DNA from: Akkermansiaceae bacterium
Lineage (GTDB): Bacteria; Verrucomicrobiota; Verrucomicrobiia; Verrucomicrobiales; Akkermansiaceae
Assembly: GCA_051251915.1 (NCBI GenBank)
Contig: JBPOGF010000019.1
Location: 36,126 to 100,125, forward strand
Direction of reading: 5' to 3'
Length of the DNA: 64,000 nucleotides
Positions within the stretch are counted from its first letter, which is position 1, and every line of letters starts with the position of its first letter. Positions 29,814 to 38,478 of this stretch are shown one piece after another. Both the position numbers and the translations under genes were made by a program. A model generated the notes under the pieces. It was given only the letters and a program-made list of their open reading frames with translations, was not told the origin of the DNA and made no database searches.

Positions 29814-30578
29814 TTAAGCTACAGCGTTGCGAATGAGCTCTAGGAATGAGTCAGCTTCGAGTGCTGCTCCGCCTACGAGTGCTCCGTCGATGTCTGGCTG
29901 GCCGAGGAGTTCTGCTGAGTTTGCTCCTTTTACTGATCCGCCGTATTGGATGCGGACAGCAGCAGCAGCTTCTGCACCGTAGAGTTCTTCGATGACTGAG
30001 CGGCAGAACTTGTGAGTGTCTTGAGCTTGCTGAGCGGTGGCTGTGACGCCTGTGCCGATTGCCCATACTGGCTCGTAAGCTATGACTACGTTTGAGATGT
30101 CGCTGATGCCTTCGAGGCCTTCTTTGATTTGTGATCCGAGAACGGTTTCAAGCTGTCCGCCTTCGCGCTCAGCGAGTGTTTCACCGATGCAGAAGAGTGG
30201 AGTGATGTCAGCGGCGAGTGCTTTTTTAATCTTAGCATTGATCTGTGCGTTGGTTTCTCCGTAGATGCTGCGGCGCTCTGAGTGACCGAGTATAACGTAG
30301 TTTACGAAGAGTTCCTTGAGCATGTCTGTGCTAGTTTCACCTGTGAATGCACCGTTGTCGTTCTCTGAAACTGTTTGGGCAGCGAGTCCGATGGCAGGGT
30401 TGATGTCGTTGATGAGTTCTGAGGCTGTAGGGATTGACAGGTTGTTAGGTGCGATGACGAGGTCTGCTTGTTCAGCGAGTTCTCCGGCTGCGCCGAGGAA
30501 TTTTTCTAGGAATTCAGCTGCTTCTGCTGGTCCTTTGTTCATTTTCCAGTTGGCTGCGATGATTAGTTTACGTGACAT
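29814..30578 (-). CDS. tpiA: Triosephosphate isomerase
   Basis: ANWKMN, GAFTGE, GHSERR, AYEPVWAIGTG, YGGSV, DGALVGGA. Confidence 0.98.
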   Translation of the reverse strand: MSRKLIIAANWKMNKGPAEAAEFLEKFLGAAGELAEQADLVIAPNNLSIPTASELINDINPAIGLAAQTVSENDNGAFTGETSTDMLKELFVNYVILGHSERRSIYGETNAQINAKIKKALAADITPLFCIGETLAEREGGQLETVLGSQIKEGLEGISDISNVVIAYEPVWAIGTGVTATAQQAQDTHKFCRSVIEELYGAEAAAAVRIQYGGSVKGANSAELLGQPDIDGALVGGAALEADSFLELIRNAVA

Positions 30579-30882
30579 GTGTGTTGTTTTGGTTAGTAAG
30601 TTGAAATTTTGTGGCTACTTAGAGCTAGCTAGCGGGATTAATAATCTCGTTTAAGCTAAATTCAGTTTGAAAGTAGCAAGCAAATACTGGCTGGCAAGGC
30701 TAGAGTGGGTAATCTGATTTTATTCTCAAAGTTCTGAGGGGGCGTTTTAGGGTGGTGGTTTGGTGTTGAGACGGTGTGATTTTTCATTGATTTGTAAAGG
30801 AAATGCCTAGGTCAAAAATTGAACCTTGTATTATTTTTAATACCTATTGCGATGGGTAAGAGCTGTGCTTGTTTATGCTGAT

Positions 30883-32046
30883 ATGACACGTAGAGAATTG
30901 ATACGAGCTGGAGCAGCACTAGGCATTGGAACCGCGGCTAGTAAACTAGCGTTTGCTAAACAACTAGAGATACGCAATACGAATGATGAGTTAATGAAGA
31001 CAATGGGATTGGTAGAGGTGAATGAGGCTTTGCCGATGAATAAAGTAATGAAGGGTGAGAAATATCGTCCGGAGCATAGGATGGGTCTTGGCGGCTTAGC
31101 GGCGGGAAATGGGTTTAATACTATTTCAACTGATGAAGAGATCTTGGAGATGCTGCATGCGGCGTGGGACTCAGGGATCAGACATTTTGATACTTCGCCT
31201 TTTTATGGATTGAGCCTTAGTGAGCGACGTTTTGGCGATTTATTACGTAATAAGAAGCGTGAGGACTATGTGCTGTCTTCGAAGGTTGGGCGTTTGCTGA
31301 CACCGTCTTCTGAGCCGTTGCCGAAGAGGTGGCATTGGGCGAATCATTCACCATTCCATTATAAGTATGATTATACCGCTGCGGGTACGCGCCGTTCTAT
31401 CGAGGATAGTTTGCATAGGATGGGGGTGTCTTCTCTTGATATTGTCTATATCCATGATCTGTCTCCGCAGAATAGTGATATGGGGGAGGAGTGGACGAAG
31501 TATTATGATGAGGCTATGAAGGGGGCTATTCCGGAGCTAACAAAGATGCGAGATGAAGGTATTATTAAGGCATGGGGATTTGGGGTAAATACTCCGGATG
31601 TTGTTTATAAGTCTTTGGATGTTGCTGACCCTGATGTTTGTTTGTTAGCGCTTCAGTATTCGATCATGGATCATACTCAGGCACTGGAAAAGACGTTTCC
31701 ATTGATGGATAAACGAGGCATTTCTGCTGTGATAGGGGCTCCATTGAATGGTGGTTTTTTGGCGGGTAGGAATCGTTATAATTACTCTGGGTTTATTCCT
31801 GCTGAGATGAAGGAGAAATTCAATGGGATTAGTGCTGTGGCGAGTAAACATGGGATTGATATTAAAACTGCAGCGCTGCAATTTGCGGAGGCTCCAGCTA
31901 CGGTTTCAGCTATTATTCCTGGGGCTAGGACAATGGAGCAGGTGCGTGAGAATGTGGCTTCTATGAAGGTCAAGATTCCGGTTGCATTTTGGACAGAGTT
32001 GAAGAGTAAGGGTTTGATTGCTCAGAATGCTCCTACTTCTGTATAA
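30883..32046 (+). CDS. Aldo/keto reductase (D-threo-aldose/L-fucose dehydrogenase-like) with twin-arginine-like N-terminus
   Basis: Start MTRRELIRAGAALG; FDTSPFYG.LSERR, SSKVGR, YDYT..G..RSIEDSL.R, YIHD. Confidence 0.88.
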   Translation: MTRRELIRAGAALGIGTAASKLAFAKQLEIRNTNDELMKTMGLVEVNEALPMNKVMKGEKYRPEHRMGLGGLAAGNGFNTISTDEEILEMLHAAWDSGIRHFDTSPFYGLSLSERRFGDLLRNKKREDYVLSSKVGRLLTPSSEPLPKRWHWANHSPFHYKYDYTAAGTRRSIEDSLHRMGVSSLDIVYIHDLSPQNSDMGEEWTKYYDEAMKGAIPELTKMRDEGIIKAWGFGVNTPDVVYKSLDVADPDVCLLALQYSIMDHTQALEKTFPLMDKRGISAVIGAPLNGGFLAGRNRYNYSGFIPAEMKEKFNGISAVASKHGIDIKTAALQFAEAPATVSAIIPGARTMEQVRENVASMKVKIPVAFWTELKSKGLIAQNAPTSV

Positions 32047-32067
32047 GTTCAGTTGTAAGTTATGTTG

Positions 32068-32106
32068 AAAAACTCGTTCGCTCATTTTGAGAGGGGACGG
32101 GTTTTT
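32068..32106 (+). terminator. Intrinsic terminator
   Basis: AAAACTCGTTC...GGACGGGTTTTT hairpin with T-tail after the reductase gene. Confidence 0.65.
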
Positions 32107-32183
32107 ACCATTGAGGGGGCCTCTGGTAAGTTCCGACTCTGCTCTTTAGAATGAGTGAGTTATTAATTTGTATAGCTCCTTAC

Positions 32184-32220
32184 CGTTTTAATCAGGGGAT
32201 ACTAATCCCTGATTAAAATG
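32184..32220. repeat. Extragenic palindrome (REP-like)
   Basis: TTTTAATCAGGG (32186-32197) and CCCTGATTAAAA (32207-32218) are a perfect 12-bp inverted repeat. Confidence 0.7.
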
Positions 32221-32280
32221 CACCGTGCTCTAATTGATTTACTGATGCGCATTAGAATTGTTAGTTGCGAGAGATACCCC

Positions 32281-33672
32281 TTAAGATGGTTTATCGGTCT
32301 CGATTTTAGTGATGGCTTCTGTGGCGACGGCTATGAGAGACTCAGATAAGCTTGGGTGTATGTGGATCATGTTTGGGATGTTCCGGATGTCGTTGTCGAG
32401 GTGGATGAGGGTGAGGATTTGGTGGATCATGGTTGAGCTTTCTGGTCCGATCATGTGGCAACCGATTAGTGAGTAGTCGGATTTTTTGACAATGAATTTG
32501 GTGATCGGGTAATCAAGTTTCCAAGAAAGTGCGCGGGCACTAGATTTCCAGTTGGTCTCGACGATGACAACATCGTTAGCTGAGAATTCTTGCTTATCGA
32601 GGTCTTGCTCGGTGATGCCAACTGAGGCGATTTCTGGATCCGTGAATACAGCATGGGGCATCATGGGGGTGGGAATTTGATTGTTAGATTTATTGTCCGT
32701 GTTGATGAGTGTGTTTACTAGGTGGTTCACTTCAAAGCTTGCGGCGTGTTGGAGCTGGTAGGTGCCGGCAACGTCACCTACGGCATAGACACCTTTGACT
32801 GCTGTTTCTAGGTTTTGGTCACGTTCTACAAAGCCACGAGTATTAAGCGCAATATCGGTATTTTCTAGGCCGAGGTTTTCTGTGTTTGGGATGCGTCCTG
32901 TGGCATAGAGGAGGGCGTCGACGGTGAGTTCGGTTTGTTGGGATGATTCATCGAGGGTTAGGTGGAATTGTTGTCCATCGTGGCTGGCGTTGGTGATGGT
33001 GGTGCCAAATTTAGTGGGGACGTAGTGGCTGAATTCCTCTTTAAATATAGAGGATATGGTTTTGTCTTCGTTGGGAAGTAAGGTGTGGCCTCTGACGAGT
33101 AATGTGGTGTTGATGCCTACAGAGTGGAAAAAGTTAGCGAGTTCGCAGGCGATGAATCCACCTCCTACGATAGCGATAGTTTTTGGGATGGGGTGGTTGA
33201 AGGGGAAGATGTCATCGCTAGTCCAAGATGGGAGGTTAGGGAATGCTGAGGGGCGTGAGCGTGCTCCTGTTCCGATGATGATTTGTTCTGCTGTGAGTTG
33301 GGTTCCGTTGACTTCGACTACTTTGTTAGAGATGAATTTTCCTTCTCCTCGGTAGAGGGTGAGGTTCTCTGGGAAGCGGGATTCATAGCGAGGATCAACG
33401 GATTCGATCCAGTGGTTGAGGTCTGCAAAGATTTGAGGAAGGTCGATGGCGTCAATGGTAGCGGAGATGTGGTGGCGAGATGCTTCACGGATTCGCTTGG
33501 CGACGTCAGCGTAGCCGATGAGGAGCTTGGAGGGGACGCAACCTCTGTTAGGACAGGTTCCACCGAGGCGATCTCGTTCAATGAGGGCGACAGATTTTCC
33601 AGCGGTTGCTGCTTTTATGGCGAGCGTAGAAGCTCGACCTCCTCCGATGATGATGATGTCATAAGTTTTCAT
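32281..33672 (-). CDS. Pyridine nucleotide-disulfide oxidoreductase (dihydrolipoamide dehydrogenase/mycothione reductase-like)
   Basis: GGTCPNRGCVPSK redox disulfide, GGGFIACE, ATGRIPN, YAVGDV, HIHPSLSE. Confidence 0.9.
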   Translation of the reverse strand: MKTYDIIIIGGGRASTLAIKAATAGKSVALIERDRLGGTCPNRGCVPSKLLIGYADVAKRIREASRHHISATIDAIDLPQIFADLNHWIESVDPRYESRFPENLTLYRGEGKFISNKVVEVNGTQLTAEQIIIGTGARSRPSAFPNLPSWTSDDIFPFNHPIPKTIAIVGGGFIACELANFFHSVGINTTLLVRGHTLLPNEDKTISSIFKEEFSHYVPTKFGTTITNASHDGQQFHLTLDESSQQTELTVDALLYATGRIPNTENLGLENTDIALNTRGFVERDQNLETAVKGVYAVGDVAGTYQLQHAASFEVNHLVNTLINTDNKSNNQIPTPMMPHAVFTDPEIASVGITEQDLDKQEFSANDVVIVETNWKSSARALSWKLDYPITKFIVKKSDYSLIGCHMIGPESSTMIHQILTLIHLDNDIRNIPNMIHIHPSLSESLIAVATEAITKIETDKPS

Positions 33673-33693
33673 GATGGTGTGCAGGAATTAGTG

Positions 33694-35349
33694 TTACTTG
33701 AGGTTTTTCTGAGCCCAGAGAGCAATGATATCGGCTGCAAACTTAGCGTCATTATGATTCGTGAGCAAATGATCGGCTCCGTCGAGGGCCACGAAGGATT
33801 TAGGGTGTTGGAGGTGTGTGTATATTTCACCCGCATTTTTAAGTTCAACCACGCTGTCTACTGTAGAGTGTAAAATAAGCTTGTGACCTTTTAAGGCTTT
33901 AAGCGTATTTACGTGGTCATAGCTACGGACGTCATCGACAAAGCGTCTACTGACAGTGAATGTTCTTCCTGCAAATGGGACTTGAGCAGTGCCATTTTGT
34001 TCAATTTCAGGAAGGTGCTCTTCAAGCATGTGGAGGATGTGAGCGGGGTCAGCGGGGGAGCCAATGGTGGCTATAGCTTGCACGCTGGCTATTTTAGAGG
34101 CCACGGCTAGAGCTGCTGTGCCGCCGAGAGAGTGACCAACAAGTATACTTGGTGCTAGGTAGTGAGTCTTGAGCCAGTCAGCAGCGGTTATGATGTCTTC
34201 TATGTTGGTGAGGAATGATGAATTTTCAAATTCACCAGAAGATTTGCCGATGCCTGAGAAGTCTATTCTGAGGGTGGCTATACCATTTTTGGCTAAGCCT
34301 TGGGTGATTTTTTTCTCTGGTAGGTAATCTTTACCACAGGTGAAACAATGGGCAAATATGGCATAAGATTGGATTTGCCCTTCAGGTATCTCAATGACTC
34401 CTGCTAGGATTCCGTGAGGGCTGGGAATTTCTACGCTATGGCTGCCAGGGGTGGTGTGTATTTCTTGCTCTGGCTGAGCTTGAGTAGAAGATGAGGTTAT
34501 TAAGTTGAGTTGGTTTGCCAGTGGATTAATGGTCTGATGGACATGTTGGTCACGAGCTACAAATAGGAGAGCTAGGAGCATCGCTCTGGCAGAATTGTCC
34601 CCACCAGCTAGGGCGTTTTTACTGAGGCAACCATCAAAGTTATCACCATGATGGATGGCGTAATAGAGGGTGAGAGGGAAGGCTTCAGGGAAATGGCATG
34701 TGAGTCCCATTGCGGTAGCAACCTCTAGATGCTCTGTGGGAGATGAGTTTTTAGCATTTTCGATGTGATCAGCGGGGGTAAGGGTTTGATAATTTCCAGA
34801 CTGAGCCGCATGTTCTATAGCGCTGGTGAAATCAGATCCTTCTCTAACCGCAAAGATGGTGCGGACAAAAAACTCGGAGGAGTCAACTACGTTTAAGTCG
34901 CCATGTGTGAGTAGAGTCTGAGAGCGTGCTGCCAGGACAGTTTCTTCTAGTGGTAAATTCAGGTCAAGAATAGGAGCTATTCTAGAAGCTCCAGCTAAGT
35001 CATTCGAGTTAGAAGGGGATAGGGCAGCTTGTTTGAGGGTGTCATTGCTTGCAGAGTCCTTGTAGCCAGAGTAGCTAGTTATGCGCTCTAGCCATAATGA
35101 TTTCCATGCTTCAGGTGAGTATTGGTTGTTTTGAGCTATTGAGTCCTGTAGCCAGATAGTCTGATCACCATAGTGAGTGAGATCGCCTGCTATTTTTCCT
35201 TTATGATAAGGTGCTAGGGGGGGAGTTAGGGAATGTATGCCATTAGGATAGGAGCGCGCTATTTTGGCTTGATTGTAAATCCAGTGTGAGCCGAGCGAGA
35301 GAGAGTCTGCGACCAGGGCTGCTTTAAGGTAGGGGGCTAGTGTGTTCAT
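33694..35349 (-). CDS. Fusion protein: ADP-ribosylglycohydrolase family domain + alpha/beta hydrolase domain
   Basis: N-half ADSLSLGSHWIY, THYGDQ, NALAGGDNSAR; polar linker; C-half FAHCFTCGKD, DFSGIG.S.G, GHSLGG, KSFVALDGADHL. Confidence 0.8.
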   Translation of the reverse strand: MNTLAPYLKAALVADSLSLGSHWIYNQAKIARSYPNGIHSLTPPLAPYHKGKIAGDLTHYGDQTIWLQDSIAQNNQYSPEAWKSLWLERITSYSGYKDSASNDTLKQAALSPSNSNDLAGASRIAPILDLNLPLEETVLAARSQTLLTHGDLNVVDSSEFFVRTIFAVREGSDFTSAIEHAAQSGNYQTLTPADHIENAKNSSPTEHLEVATAMGLTCHFPEAFPLTLYYAIHHGDNFDGCLSKNALAGGDNSARAMLLALLFVARDQHVHQTINPLANQLNLITSSSTQAQPEQEIHTTPGSHSVEIPSPHGILAGVIEIPEGQIQSYAIFAHCFTCGKDYLPEKKITQGLAKNGIATLRIDFSGIGKSSGEFENSSFLTNIEDIITAADWLKTHYLAPSILVGHSLGGTAALAVASKIASVQAIATIGSPADPAHILHMLEEHLPEIEQNGTAQVPFAGRTFTVSRRFVDDVRSYDHVNTLKALKGHKLILHSTVDSVVELKNAGEIYTHLQHPKSFVALDGADHLLTNHNDAKFAADIIALWAQKNLK

Positions 35350-35458
35350 TGTTTTATTGATTATGTTTCTATAGGTTTTATCTAGTAGGCTATGCAGAAA
35401 TAGATGTTCTGCTGGTATAGTGTGAGAGAGGTCGGTGTATCGGAGAAATATTGAGGAG

Positions 35459-35620
35459 TTAGCCCCATTTCCAAAAATCTGTTAGCCTATCTTAGGATAA
35501 GAATTTCCAATCTCTGTGTTACTCTTCGACTGAGAGGCCTACATCATAGTCTCATCGAGCCTTGATCTAGGAAACTCTTCTGCCGAATCTAACTAATCGA
35601 ACTTTTGGAAAATGGTCTAA
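35459..35620. mobile_element. MITE-like non-coding element with imperfect 20-bp terminal inverted repeats
   Basis: Left end TTAGCCCCATTTCCAAAAAT vs reverse complement of right end TTAGACCATTTTCCAAAAGT (16/20 identical); 162 bp; no ORF. Confidence 0.5.
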
Positions 35621-35655
35621 GTAATAGAGTTTTTTCTTTCTTACTATGTATTAAC

Positions 35656-37047
35656 TTATTTCTTCTTCTCCAAATTTCTAGCCTTGAGGGAGCCTATAAG
35701 ATCCACTTGATATTCTTCACGTTGCTCTGTGGGACCGTTCTCCAGATTTAGCACTCCTCTAGGACAAACAGCGGAGCACATGCCACAGCCTACGCAAGAT
35801 GCTCGCTTGATGTCTTGTCCTCTCTGGGCATACCACCTTACATCGATCCCCATTTCACAATATGTGGAGCAGTTACCACATGAGATACATTGACCGCCAT
35901 TGGTAGTGATACGGAATCTTGATTTAAATTTCTGAATGATACCTAGAACTGCCGCCATTGGGCAGCCGAAACGACACCAGACTCTGGATCCCATGAGTGG
36001 ATAGAATCCGACCCCAATGACTCCTGAGAAAGTGGCACCGATTAGAAATGCGTAGACCTTTCTAACTGGGAGAGATGCTCCACCAAGAGTTCCCCACCAA
36101 GCGTCTAGCCAGACTAATGCCGTCATAACGATGACAAATATTAAGACGCTATAGATCATAATGCGTTCGATTTTCCAAGCTGTGAGCGATTTGTTAGAAA
36201 GTTGTCTGAAGCTATCACCAGCAGTGTTAGCAAGTCCGCCGCAGCCACAAACCCAAGAACAATACCAACGTTTGCCATAGTAATAGGTGAGAATAGGAGT
36301 AGCGATAAGAGTCATAATGATCCCCCAGCCAAAGACAAATCCAGCCATTGCTTTACCACTGCTCAACAAGCTAGTGACTTTGTCCGGCATCAGGGCTTTG
36401 TATTCTAGTGGCCAAAAATAGTTAGGTAAGAAGTAAGGCTGATTGAGTCGTTCCATGATGGATGGCACCATAAATGCGAAGCCGAACTGGCAGAACATGA
36501 TCGAGCATGTTCTAATAATTTGATACTTACTATGACGATATTTTGCTAGTGCTTTGGCTCCCATGACCAGAACAGCAATGGTGTAGGACGCTCCATAGAC
36601 GAACCAAATGTCGGCATTACTATTCCGCAGAAGTTGGCTTAGAGGATCAAATACCTGAGTGATGTTTGGACGGTATTCCGTACCAGCCGCAGTTAGCGCG
36701 GACTCTTGGTAGAAAAAGTAGTAAGCTGTGTAGAAGCCTGTGATTATAATGCCTAATAGCCAGCCTCCTGCGCCCATGGCAGTGAAGGTATTTCTAGTAA
36801 GATTATTATTTTGAACCCCGGCCGGTCGTTTCAAGTGGGTTCGTAAACCGTAGATTAGTCCGCCTACTATAATACTGGGCACCATTGTGTAAAATACCCA
36901 GTTTCCTTTAGTAAGGTTTTGCTCAAATAAGGTTAGTAAAAATATCACCAAGCCAATACCTAAAATGGAGAGTCCTATACGTTGAATCGTATCTAGTTTG
37001 GGGGCTGGTGGGACGAGTGAGTGGCTTTCGCGAAGTAGATCTGACAT
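35656..37047 (-). CDS. Polytopic membrane protein with 4Fe-4S binding sites (NapH/NosR-like)
   Basis: Many TM segments; GKRWYCSWVCGCG, WCRFGCP, CISCGNCSTYC, CVGCGMCSAVCP. Confidence 0.88.
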   Translation of the reverse strand: MSDLLRESHSLVPPAPKLDTIQRIGLSILGIGLVIFLLTLFEQNLTKGNWVFYTMVPSIIVGGLIYGLRTHLKRPAGVQNNNLTRNTFTAMGAGGWLLGIIITGFYTAYYFFYQESALTAAGTEYRPNITQVFDPLSQLLRNSNADIWFVYGASYTIAVLVMGAKALAKYRHSKYQIIRTCSIMFCQFGFAFMVPSIMERLNQPYFLPNYFWPLEYKALMPDKVTSLLSSGKAMAGFVFGWGIIMTLIATPILTYYYGKRWYCSWVCGCGGLANTAGDSFRQLSNKSLTAWKIERIMIYSVLIFVIVMTALVWLDAWWGTLGGASLPVRKVYAFLIGATFSGVIGVGFYPLMGSRVWCRFGCPMAAVLGIIQKFKSRFRITTNGGQCISCGNCSTYCEMGIDVRWYAQRGQDIKRASCVGCGMCSAVCPRGVLNLENGPTEQREEYQVDLIGSLKARNLEKKK

Positions 37048-37048
37048 A

Positions 37049-38413
37049 TTAGGTAGATGGTTGTAGTGAACGTAGGAGTTTGGAGAAGAGGCCTTTTTTG
37101 ATATTATTGTTTAGGCTTACTTGGTGTTCTGGGTGTTGTTTGTTCCAGGTTTCTATGATGGATCGTTCATGCTGTTTGAAGAATTCGGGGTCGAAATTCG
37201 CGGCTGCGAGGTCTCTCACTACGTCTGGAATCTTGGCTTCTGAGGCTATCCAGTTTTCCCAGACTTGGTGTCGGTGGCGCATGCCGAAGACATTGACTCC
37301 TTTTACGGCAAGTGTGTCGGTATTATAATTTATTCTAATCGTGTGATATCCCTCAGGGGCCTGCCAGAAAAACGTTTCTTCGTCTTCCTGTGGCTGTGGC
37401 ATTACGATGCCGTAAGTTTGGTATTCGATGTCGAAAAATTTCGCTGAATTCCACCAGATCCCTGGCTCATAGGCCTTTCTTTCTCCTACTAAATTTTGAG
37501 CAAGGTGAGCGCCATGCATTTTCCCAGTGTACCAGACCTGTTCTAGCGGGCGTCGTCCAGGTAGGGGATCTTTGAACTGAGCGCAGTCACCGATAGACCA
37601 GACGTGTGGTAAATTAGTCTGAAAGTAGTGGTCAATCACGATTCCTCTATCTGTTTCTAGTTGATCATTGTTAGAGAGCCATTGAATGTTCGGTCTTACT
37701 CCAGCGGTTAGTCCTACGATCTCGCAGTCTATTCTATCGCCTTTCTTCGTAGTGACGTATGCCACTCGGCCATTTTCACCCTCGTGGATGGACTCTAGCT
37801 CTTCTCCCATCTGCAAGTCACAATGGTGTTCGCGGATGTGTTTTTCAATCATGATGGCTTCTTCTTTAGGTAAGACACTTCCCCAGAATAGCTTTTCTCT
37901 GACTAAGAAGCTCACTGGAATTCCTCTTGTTAAGAGCATTTCCGCCATTTCAATACCGATCAAGCCTCCTCCTGTAATCACCGCTCGCTTTGCGGTCTTA
38001 GCAGACTCCTCTAGGTTATCCAAATCTTGCTTGCTGTATAGCCCCTGTACTCCAGGTAGATCTTGCCCAGGCCAACCAAATTTATTAGGCACTGATCCTA
38101 CCGCTAAAACCAACTCAGAGTATTCTAGATCGGGTAGATCCTTCATTGTGATTTTTTGTGCCTGATGGTCAAAACTAGTCACCCAACCACGGAGAAGTTG
38201 TATTTTGTTTTCTGTCCAGAAGCGGTCTTCATGGGGCTTGGTATCTTCATAATTCATGTGGCCCATAAAGATATACATCAAGGCTGTTCTGGAGAAATGG
38301 TGATCAGTTTCGCCAGAAATAATAATGATTGGAACTTTGGTATCCAATTTACGAATCTCGCGGGCGGCAGTCACTCCAGCAATGCCATTGCCAATAATAA
38401 TAATGGGTTTCAT
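37049..38413 (-). CDS. NAD(P)/FAD-dependent oxidoreductase (ferredoxin/rubredoxin reductase-like)
   Basis: IIGNGIAG, GGGLIGIE, AGVRPN, SIGDCA. Confidence 0.9.
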   Translation of the reverse strand: MKPIIIIGNGIAGVTAAREIRKLDTKVPIIIISGETDHHFSRTALMYIFMGHMNYEDTKPHEDRFWTENKIQLLRGWVTSFDHQAQKITMKDLPDLEYSELVLAVGSVPNKFGWPGQDLPGVQGLYSKQDLDNLEESAKTAKRAVITGGGLIGIEMAEMLLTRGIPVSFLVREKLFWGSVLPKEEAIMIEKHIREHHCDLQMGEELESIHEGENGRVAYVTTKKGDRIDCEIVGLTAGVRPNIQWLSNNDQLETDRGIVIDHYFQTNLPHVWSIGDCAQFKDPLPGRRPLEQVWYTGKMHGAHLAQNLVGERKAYEPGIWWNSAKFFDIEYQTYGIVMPQPQEDEETFFWQAPEGYHTIRINYNTDTLAVKGVNVFGMRHRHQVWENWIASEAKIPDVVRDLAAANFDPEFFKQHERSIIETWNKQHPEHQVSLNNNIKKGLFSKLLRSLQPST

Positions 38414-38478
38414 AGTAATTACTTCAATACAGGTTAAGAGACTGTTGATCTCAGTTTATTCCATAGAATCTCGACTAG

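Noticed and set aside
32110..32283. Weak inverted similarity of the ends (GAGGGGGCCTCT / AGAGATACCCCT) suggesting IS ends
   Set aside because: The match needs a gap and several mismatches; not enough without additional copies.
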